Below are positions 1-8,400 of a stretch of DNA of 12,798 bases, piece by piece. The notes beneath the pieces are model-generated. The model made no database searches, was not told where the DNA came from, and saw only the letters and a program-made list of their open reading frames with translations. Numbering within the stretch: the stretch's first letter is position 1; the number at the start of each line of letters is the position of its first letter. Both the position numbers and the translations under genes were made by a program. Source of the DNA: Candidatus Thorarchaeota archaeon SMTZ1-45 (GTDB taxonomy: Archaea; Asgardarchaeota; Thorarchaeia; Thorarchaeales; Thorarchaeaceae); the NCBI GenBank assembly GCA_001563335.1, contig LRSL01000032.1, forward strand, positions 1 through 12,798. Reading direction: 5' to 3'.

Positions 1-1
1 C

Positions 2-3000
2 ACTTTGGCTATTTGTGTTCAAGGATGTAATTCCGAAACTTGCTTGAGAACTTGAGTTGACGAAATACGTCCAGAGTCCCACTGAAACCTGTGACACAGT
101 CAAATCAAACCAGGAGTTCACGGCATCCCAAGTCATTGCTTGACCTGCGAGTGTGACCGTATCGCCAGCTCCTAGGAATGTGCTGTCGTACGCAAGCCAC
201 AGAGTAACTCGAATCTCAACGTTATCTCCGATATTTACTCGTGTGTCATCAGCTATAGTAGTCTGTACAAGTATCTGATCCCAAATAATTCCTATACTTT
301 GACTATTCGTATCCAATGCAGTAATTCCAAAACTTGCTTGAGTGCTTGAGTTGACAAAATATGTCAAGAGTCCCACTGATGCCTGTGAAACGGTAAGGTC
401 AAACCATGAGTTTCCAGAGTCCCAAGTCATTGCGGTCCCATCAAGGGTTACAGAGTCTCCCGCACCTAGGAATGTACTGTCATATGCTAACCACAGAGAC
501 ACTCGAACCTCGACATTCGTTCCAATATTGACTCGTGTATCATCAGCCACGGTTGTCTGGACCACAATCTGATCCCATATGATGTCAACAGTCTGGCTAT
601 TGATATCAAATACAGTTATTCCATAGGTTGTTTCTGTGCTTGAATTTACATAATATCTCCATAGACCCACAGATACTTGCGAAACTGTTAGCTCGAACCA
701 AGAGTTACCGCCATCCCACGTCATTGCCTGTCCTGCAAGCGTGACAGTATCCCCATTCCCAAGGGGTGTGCTGTCATACGCTAGCCAAAGAGTCACTCTA
801 ACCTCCGCATTGGCTCCAACATTGATTCGTGTATCGTCTGCCACTGTGGTCTGGACTATAATCTGGTCCCAAATGACATCCACACTCTGACCATTCAAAT
901 CTAGAGCAGTAACCCCAAAGTTAGTTTCAGTACTTGAGTTGACAAAATAGGTCCAAAGTCCTATAGAAGCCTGTGATACTGTCAGATCAAACCAGGAGTT
1001 CACGGAATCCCACGTCATTGCGGTTCCATCAAGTGTCACTGAATCTCCCGCACCTAGGAATGTGCTGTCATATGCCAACCACAGAGTGACTCGAACCTCG
1101 ACATTAGTTCCAATATTAACTCGGGTGTCATCAGCCATGGTTGTTTGAACGACAATTTCATCCCAGACCACACCAACACTTTGGCTGTTGGTATCAATTG
1201 CATTAATTCCGAAACCTGCTTGAGTGCTTGAGTTAACAAAGTATGTCCAGAGTCCAACTGATGCCTGTGACACAGTTAGGTCGAACCAAGAGTTACCGCT
1301 ATCCCAAGTCATCGCTTGACCTGCGAGTGTGACTGTATCGCTACTTCCCAGAAAGGTGCTATCATAAGCTAGCCATAGAGTCACATGTATCTCAACATTA
1401 TCACCAACGTTAACACGAGTATCATCTGCTACTGTTGTCTGTACAATAATCTGGTCCCATATGATATCTACACTCTGACTGTTTGTATCTAAAAGAGTGA
1501 TGCCATAAGTAGAATCAGAACTCGAGTTAACGAAGTACGTCCAGAGTCCAACTGAAGCCTGTGATACAGTCAGGTCAAACCAAGAGTTAATACTATCCCA
1601 AGTCATCGCTTGACCTGCGAGTGTAATCGTATCCCCACTCCCGAGAGGCGTGCTGTCATATGCCAGCCACAGGGTCACTCGAACCTCGACATTATCATTC
1701 ACATTGACTCGGGTGTCATCAGCCACGGTTGTTTGAACAACAATTCGATCCCAAATCACTCCAACACTCTGCCCATTCGTATCGAGTGTTGTAATCCCAA
1801 AGTTTGTTTCAGTACTTGAGTTGACAAAGTAAGTCCAAAGTCCCACTGAAGCCTGAGAAACCGTCAGATCAAACCATGAGTTCCCAGCATCCCAAGTCAT
1901 ACCCTGTCCTGCGAGAGTCACAGAATCTCCAGATCCCAAGAATGTGTTATCATAGGCAAGCCACAGAGTCACTCGAATCTCGACATTATCATTCATATTG
2001 ACTCGTGTGTCATCAGCTAAAGTGGTTTGTACAACAATTCGATCCCAAATGACATCTATGCTTTGACTATTTGTATCCAGAACAGTGATACCAAATATGG
2101 CTTCTGAGCTTGAATTGACATAATATCTCCAAAGTCCTACAGAAGCATGAGATACAGTCAAGTCAAACCAAGAGTTCCCACTATCCCAAGTCATTGCTTG
2201 ACCTGCAAGTGTGACAGTATCGCCACTTCCCAGAAATGTAGTATCATATGCCAGCCACAGAGTGACTCGAATCTCAACATTATCTCCCACATTGACTCGG
2301 GTGTCATCAGCCACTGTGGTCTGGACTACAATTTGGTCCCAAATGACATCTATGCTTTGACCATTTGTATCCAGAGCAGTTATTCCATAAGTAGAATCAG
2401 AACTCGAGTTGACGAAATATGTCCAGAGACCTACTGAAGCCTGTGATACAGTCAGGTCAAACCACGAGTTCACGGAGTCCCAGGCCATTGCAGTTCCATC
2501 AAGAGTCACAGAGTTTCCAGCTTCCAAGAATGTACTGTCATATGCCAGCCACAGAGTGACTCGAATCTCAACATTATCTCCCACATTGACTCGTGTGTCA
2601 TCAGCTATTGTCGTCTGAACGACAATCTGATCCCAGATCACTCCAATACTTTGGCTGTTGGTATCAATTGCAGTAATTCCAAAGCCTGTTTGAGTGCTTG
2701 AGTTGACATAATATGTCCAAAGACCGACTGATGCCTGTGATACTAAAAGATCAAACCAAAAGTTCCCACTATCCCAAGTCATCGCTTGACCTGCGAGTGT
2801 GACTGTATCGCCACTTCCCAGAAATGTAGTATCATAAGCAAGCCAAAGCGTAACACGTATCTCTGCATCAGCTCCAACATTGACTCGGGTGTCATCAGCC
2901 ACGGTTGTTTGAACGACAATACGATCCCAGATCACTCCAACACTCTGCCCATTTGTATCGAGTGTTGTAATTCCAAAGTTTGTTTCGGTACTTGAGTTGA

Positions 3001-5428
3001 CAAAGTAAGTCCATAGACCTACAGACGCTTGAGATACAGTTAAGTCAAACCAAGAGTTCCCTGCATCCCAGGTCATTGCTGTTCCATCAAGAGTCACTGA
3101 ATCTCCAGCTCCCAGGAATGTGTTGTCATATGCTAACCAGAGGGTCACTCGAACCTCGACATTATCGTCAACATTGACTCGTGTGTCATCAGCCACTGTG
3201 GTCTGCACGACAATCCGATCCCAAACAACACCAACACTCTGACTGTTAGTATCAATCGCTGTAATTCCAAAACTTGTTTGAGTACTTGAGTTAACGAAGT
3301 AAGTCCAGAGTCCTACTGATGCCTGTGAAACGGTAAGGTCAAACCAAGAGTTACCTGCATCCCACATCATAGCCTGTCCTGCAAGTGTGACAGTATCTCC
3401 ACTTCCAAGGGGCGTGCTGTCATACGCAAGCCATAGTGTCACTCGAACCTCAACGTTATCGTCAACATTGACTCGGGTGTCATCAGCTACCGTGGTCTGC
3501 ACGACAATCTGATCCCAGATGATATCTACATCTTGACCATTCGTATCCAAAGTAGTTATTCCATATATCGTTTCAGCACTCGAATTAACAAAATAAGTCC
3601 AAAGCCCCACTGAAGTTTGAGAAACCATCAGATCAAACCAAGAATTCCCAGAGTCCCATGTCATCGCTTGACCTGCGAGTGTGACAGTATCGCCACTTCC
3701 AAGTGGCGTGTTGTCATATGCTAACCAGAGGGTCACTCGAACCTCGACATTATCGTCAACATTGACTCGTGTGCTATCGGCAACCGTTGTTTGAACTACA
3801 ATCTGATCCCAGACCACACCAACACTTTGGCCATTCGTATCGAGTGTTGTAATCCCAAAGTTAGTTTCAATACTTGAGTTGACAAAGTAAGTCCAAAGCC
3901 CCACTGAAGCCTGAGAAACCGTCAGATCAAACCAAGAATTCCCAGAGTCCCATGTCATCGCTTGTCCTGCGAGAGTTACAGAATCACCAGCTCCTAGGAA
4001 TGTACTATCATAAGCAAGCCAGAGGGTCACTCGAACCTCAACATTGTTTCCGATATTCACTCGGGTGTCATCAGCAACTGTTGTTTGAACCATAATCTGG
4101 TCCCAAATGACATCTACACTTTGACCATTTGTATCTAGAACAGTGATACCATATGTCGACTCTGAGCTTGAATTGACAAAATATCTCCAAAGTCCTATTG
4201 AAGCCTGAGATACGCTAAGGTCAAACCAAGAATTGCCACCATCCCAAGTCATCACTTGTCCAGCAAGTGTGACTGTATCGCTACTCCCTAAAGGCGTACT
4301 GTCATATGCCAGCCAAAGTGTGACACGAATTTCGACAATATCACCCACATTCACTCGGGTATCATCAGCTGTGGTGGTTTGCACTATTATCTGATCCCAG
4401 ACCACACCAACACTTTGGCCATTCGTATCCAAAGCAGTTATTCCATAAGTAGAATCAGAACTCGAGTTGACGTGATATGTCCAGAGACCTACTGAAGCTT
4501 GCGACACTGTCAAATCAAACCAGGAGTTCACGGAGTCCCAAGTCATTGCTTGACCTGCAAGCGTGACGGTATCACCACTTCCCAGAAATGTAGTATCATA
4601 GGCAAGCCAAAGTGTAACACGTATCTCAACAGTATCTCCTATATTGACTCGTGTGTCGTCAGCGACTGTTGTTTGTACTACAATCTGATCCCAAACCACT
4701 CCAACACTCTGACTGTTGGTATCAATCGCAATAATACCGAAACTTGCTTGAGTGCTTGAGTTAACAAAGTAAGTCCAAAGCCCAACTGAAGCCTGAGAAA
4801 CCGTCAAATCAAACCAAGAGTTCACGGAGTCCCAAGTCATTGCTTGACCTGCGAGTGTGACTGTGTCCCCACTCCCAAGGGGCGTGCTGTCATATGCTAA
4901 CCATAGAGTGACACGAATCTCTGCATCAGCTCCGACACTTACTCGTGTATCGTCAGCTACTGTTGTCTGTACAACAATCTGGTCCCAAATAACATCGACA
5001 CTCTGACTATTCAAATCCAAGGCAGTAATTCCGAAATTAGTGTCAGTACTTGAATTAACAAAATAAGTCCAGAGCCCCACTGAGGCCTGAGAAACCGTTA
5101 GATCAAACCACGAATTCCCAGAGTCCCAAGTCATTGCAGTTCCGTCAAGAGTCACTGAATCTCCTGCACCTAGAGGACTGCTATCATATGCCAGCCAGAG
5201 GGTCACTCGAACCTCGACATTATCGTTAGCATTGACTCGGGTGTCATCTGCAACAGTCGTTTGGACAACAATCTGGTCCCATACGACATCCACACTCAGA
5301 CTGTTTGTGTCCAAAGATGTTATTCCGTAACTTGTTTGAGAACTTGAATTTACAAAATATGTCCAGAGCCCAACTGATGCCTGTGACACAGAGAGATCAA
5401 ACCAAGAGTTCACGGAGTCCCAAGTCAT
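2..5428 (-). CDS. Continuation of the giant repeat protein (rest of unit 8 through unit 26, >1800 codons), 3' end outside the window
   Basis: WD[Q/R/E] anchors recur at exact 294-bp spacing from 5275 to 277 with no net indel. Hand translation of 4697-5284 and of the left edge (...NSSSQASFGITSLNTNSQS) gives intact repeats. Its absence from the ORF track fits a frame with no stop inside the window. Repeat homology starts at 5508; the first in-frame ATG is 5426-5428. Confidence 0.88.
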   Translation of the reverse strand, partial: MTWDSVNSWFDLSVSQASVGLWTYFVNSSSQTSYGITSLDTNSLSVDVVWDQIVVQTTVADDTRVNANDNVEVRVTLWLAYDSSPLGAGDSVTLDGTAMTWDSGNSWFDLTVSQASVGLWTYFVNSSTDTNFGITALDLNSQSVDVIWDQIVVQTTVADDTRVSVGADAEIRVTLWLAYDSTPLGSGDTVTLAGQAMTWDSVNSWFDLTVSQASVGLWTYFVNSSTQASFGIIAIDTNSQSVGVVWDQIVVQTTVADDTRVNIGDTVEIRVTLWLAYDTTFLGSGDTVTLAGQAMTWDSVNSWFDLTVSQASVGLWTYHVNSSSDSTYGITALDTNGQSVGVVWDQIIVQTTTADDTRVNVGDIVEIRVTLWLAYDSTPLGSSDTVTLAGQVMTWDGGNSWFDLSVSQASIGLWRYFVNSSSESTYGITVLDTNGQSVDVIWDQIMVQTTVADDTRVNIGNNVEVRVTLWLAYDSTFLGAGDSVTLAGQAMTWDSGNSWFDLTVSQASVGLWTYFVNSSIETNFGITTLDTNGQSVGVVWDQIVVQTTVADSTRVNVDDNVEVRVTLWLAYDNTPLGSGDTVTLAGQAMTWDSGNSWFDLMVSQTSVGLWTYFVNSSAETIYGITTLDTNGQDVDIIWDQIVVQTTVADDTRVNVDDNVEVRVTLWLAYDSTPLGSGDTVTLAGQAMMWDAGNSWFDLTVSQASVGLWTYFVNSSTQTSFGITAIDTNSQSVGVVWDRIVVQTTVADDTRVNVDDNVEVRVTLWLAYDNTFLGAGDSVTLDGTAMTWDAGNSWFDLTVSQASVGLWTYFVNSSTETNFGITTLDTNGQSVGVIWDRIVVQTTVADDTRVNVGADAEIRVTLWLAYDTTFLGSGDTVTLAGQAMTWDSGNFWFDLLVSQASVGLWTYYVNSSTQTGFGITAIDTNSQSIGVIWDQIVVQTTIADDTRVNVGDNVEIRVTLWLAYDSTFLEAGNSVTLDGTAMAWDSVNSWFDLTVSQASVGLWTYFVNSSSDSTYGITALDTNGQSIDVIWDQIVVQTTVADDTRVNVGDNVEIRVTLWLAYDTTFLGSGDTVTLAGQAMTWDSGNSWFDLTVSHASVGLWRYYVNSSSEAIFGITVLDTNSQSIDVIWDRIVVQTTLADDTRVNMNDNVEIRVTLWLAYDNTFLGSGDSVTLAGQGMTWDAGNSWFDLTVSQASVGLWTYFVNSSTETNFGITTLDTNGQSVGVIWDRIVVQTTVADDTRVNVNDNVEVRVTLWLAYDSTPLGSGDTITLAGQAMTWDSINSWFDLTVSQASVGLWTYFVNSSSDSTYGITLLDTNSQSVDIIWDQIIVQTTVADDTRVNVGDNVEIHVTLWLAYDSTFLGSSDTVTLAGQAMTWDSGNSWFDLTVSQASVGLWTYFVNSSTQAGFGINAIDTNSQSVGVVWDEIVVQTTMADDTRVNIGTNVEVRVTLWLAYDSTFLGAGDSVTLDGTAMTWDSVNSWFDLTVSQASIGLWTYFVNSSTETNFGVTALDLNGQSVDVIWDQIIVQTTVADDTRINVGANAEVRVTLWLAYDSTPLGNGDTVTLAGQAMTWDGGNSWFELTVSQVSVGLWRYYVNSSTETTYGITVFDINSQTVDIIWDQIVVQTTVADDTRVNIGTNVEVRVSLWLAYDSTFLGAGDSVTLDGTAMTWDSGNSWFDLTVSQASVGLLTYFVNSSTQASFGITALDTNSQSIGIIWDQILVQTTIADDTRVNIGDNVEIRVTLWLAYDSTFLGAGDTVTLAGQAMTWDAVNSWFDLTVSQVSVGLWTYFVNSSSQASFGITSLNTNSQS

Positions 5429-8400
5429 TGCTTGACCTGCAAGCGTGACCGTATCACCACTTCCCAGAAATGTAGTATCATAGGCAAGCCAGAGTGTAAC
5501 ACGTATCTGATATCTACGCTTTGGCCATTTGTGTCTAAAGATGTAATTCCGAAACCTGCTTGAGTGCTTGAGTTAACAAAGTAAGTCCAGAGTCCCACTG
5601 AGGCCTGTGACACAGAGAGATTAAACCAAGAGTTCACAGAGTCCCAAGTCATCGCTTGTTCTGCGAGAGTCACAGTATCCCCTGATCCAAGAAAAGTACC
5701 ATCATAGGCAAGCCAGAGAGTCACACTAACCTCGACATTAGCTCCGACATTTACGCGTGTGCCATCAGCTACTGTTGTCTGTACAACGATCTGATCCCAG
5801 ATTACCCCAACATTTTGGCTATTGATGTCAATCGTACTAATTCCTAGACCTGCTTGAGTGCTTGAGTTAACAAAGTAAATCCATCGACCGACGGATGCCT
5901 GAGAAACTGTTAGTTCGAACCAAGAGTTTCCTCCATCCCAAGTCATCGCTTGGCCTGCGAGAGTCACAGAATCTCCAGATCCAAGAAAAGTACCATCGTA
6001 GGCAAGCCAGAGAGTGACTCTGACCTCGACATTAGCTCCAACATTTACCCTTGTGTCATCAGCTATGGTCGATTGAACGACAATCTGGTCCCAGATGACA
6101 TCTACGCTTTGACTGTTTGTGTCTAGGCTTGTAATTCCAAAGGCTGCAGCTGAACTTGAGTTAACGAAATAATTCCATCGACCGACTGATCCCTGTGAAA
6201 CGGTGAGGTTAAACCACGAGTTCACGGAGTCCCAAGTCATCACTTGTCCAGCAAGTGTGACTGTATCGCCACTCCCAAGATATGTACTATCATATGCCAA
6301 CCAAAGTGTAACACGTATCTCAACATTATTTCCCATATTTACTCGCGTATCATCAGCCACGGTCGATTGAACGATAATCTGGTCCCAAATGACATCCACG
6401 CTTTGACTGTTTAGAATAAAATCAGATATTCCGTAAGTTGCTTCCAAGGTGGAATTAACAAAATAGCTCCACAATCCTACAGACGCTTGAGAAACTGTAA
6501 GTTCGAACCAAGAGTTTCCAACATCCCAAGTCATCGCTTGGCCTGCAAGCGTGACTGTATCACCACTTCCCAGAAATGTAGTATCATAAGCGAGCCAAAG
6601 TGTAACACGTATCTCAACAGTATCTCCAACGTTAACTCTAGAGTCATCAGCTTCTGTTGTCTGAATGACAATCTGATCCCACACAACATCTACTGCTTGA
6701 CTATTAGTATCTAGAAGAGTGATTCCATACGTTGCATCGGAACTAGAGTTCACATAGTATGTCCAAAGACCAACTGAAGCTTGTGATACAGTCAGGTAAA
6801 ACCGAGAGTTGCCAGCGTCCCAAGTCATTGCTTGACCTGCAAGTGTGATGGTGTCGCCACTTCCCAGAAAGGTGCTATCATATGCCAACCACAGAGTCAC
6901 TCGAACCTCGACATTATCACCCACATTGACTCGAGTGTCATCAGCTTCTGTGGTCTGTACAACAATCTGATCCCAAACAACACCCACACTCTGGCTGTTT
7001 GTGTCCAAAGATGTAATTCCAAAACCTGCTTGACTGCTTGAGTTAACGAAGTAAATCCAGAGTCCAACTGATGCTTGAGAAACTGTAAGTTCGAACCAAG
7101 AATTTCCACCATCCCAAGTCATCGCTTGGCCTGCAAGTGTGACGGTGTCGCCACTTCCCAGAAATGTAGTATCATAAGCGAGCCAAAGTGTAACTCGTAT
7201 CTCAACAGTATCTCCGACATTGACTCGTGTATCATCAGCTAATGTAGTCTGAACGACGATCTGATCCCAAACAACACCCACACTCTGACTGTTTGTGTCC
7301 AAAGATGTAATTCCAAAACCTGCATGAGTGCTTGAGTTAACAAAGTAAGTCCAAAGTCCAACTGAAGCCTGTGACACAGAGAGATCAAACCAAGAGTTCA
7401 CAGAGTCCCAGGTCATAGCTGTTCCATCAAGAGTCACTGAATCTCCTAATCCTAAAGGAGTGCTGTCATATGCAAGCCAGAGAGTGACTCGTATCTCAAC
7501 ATTATCACTAACGTTGACTCGCGTGTCATCAGCTGCAGTGGTCTGTACGATAATCTGGTCCCAAATTACTTGTTGGGAGAGACCATTTTGGTCCACGATA
7601 GTGATTCCATGTGTTCCTCCAGAATAAATGACTGTGTTATAGGTGTTAGCAGTGACTGTTGCTTCAGAGTCTGTAATCCTCCACACACCTGAACCCTGAT
7701 GGGTCGCAAGTATAGAGGAAAGAGTGACAGTACCATCAGTGACTGGTGTATCGTCGGAGTCATAGTAAAGTGTGAAATCAATATTCACACTTGTTCCAAC
7801 ATCCACTCTGTTGTCGGTTACAGAATATGACTGAACTTGAACACGGTCAGCAATATATGTGTCAGTAACGCTGGTTGTGTAATAGAGGTCTGTGCCACCT
7901 GATCCTGCGCCTGCTTCGACTACTTTTATCGTGTATGTGTCCGGACCCACGACATCATCAGCATAGCAGGTGACATTGAATGCACCTGAGGTAAGAGTGA
8001 GGTCACTCCAAGGACCTGCGCTAGTTCCATACTCTGGAGCGGATACCCAGACATCGACTGCGGATGAGGAAGGATGATCATCCACAGAAGTATAGTATAT
8101 GACTGTACCAATAAACCAGAATAATCCATCAAGATCTCCCCTATTCACAGTCCCAGAGCCATCATCAATACTTGGTGTACCAGAATAGTCAAGCCGAGTT
8201 TCAACATCCCAAGTGACATCAGGACTATCATACCAATCATTGTCAATCTCAGCTTGTGCATCAATCACGTAACATCTTACATCCAAATCGCTTGAGTCGG
8301 GAAAGTCCCAGTCAATTGTGAAATTAAAGGTCGCATCGATATCATCTCCACTCCTAATTGCTGTTGAACCCCCCGTGTTCAATGCGACATATGTTCCTGC

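Larger units (their letters stand above)
1..7566 (-). repeat. Intragenic tandem array of 294-bp (98-aa) units, at least 26 copies
   Basis: The + strand anchor (mostly g[a/g]tccca) is at 277, 571, 865 ... 5275 (18 copies, step 294), then at 5793, 6087, 6381, 6675, 6969, 7263 and 7557. One anchor is missing at the 5508 deletion. Confidence 0.97.

Noticed and set aside
5425-5427. TGA as selenocysteine or read-through
   Set aside because: The TGA lies in an out-of-frame reading of the repeat, so read-through would not restore the repeat frame. No convincing SECIS was seen.
5428-5572. Programmed -1 ribosomal frameshift joining the two halves
   Set aside because: The frames overlap here, but I find no X XXY YYZ slippery heptamer or homopolymer tract. 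The shift is fully explained by the 70-bp deletion.
342-7041. Many 67-96 aa plus-strand ORFs with similar, often Cys-rich sequences (e.g. MTCEC..., MRYSQ...)
   Set aside because: They are antisense shadows of the 294-bp coding repeat. They recur with the repeat phase, have no RBS, and conservation follows the minus-strand frame.
1-7566. CRISPR array or non-coding satellite
   Set aside because: The units are contiguous 294-bp in-frame coding repeats with third-position variation. There are no unique spacers or cas genes.
1-7566. Diversity-generating retroelement TR/VR pairs
   Set aside because: Differences between near-identical tracts are not adenine-specific, are mostly synonymous, and no reverse transcriptase is in the window.
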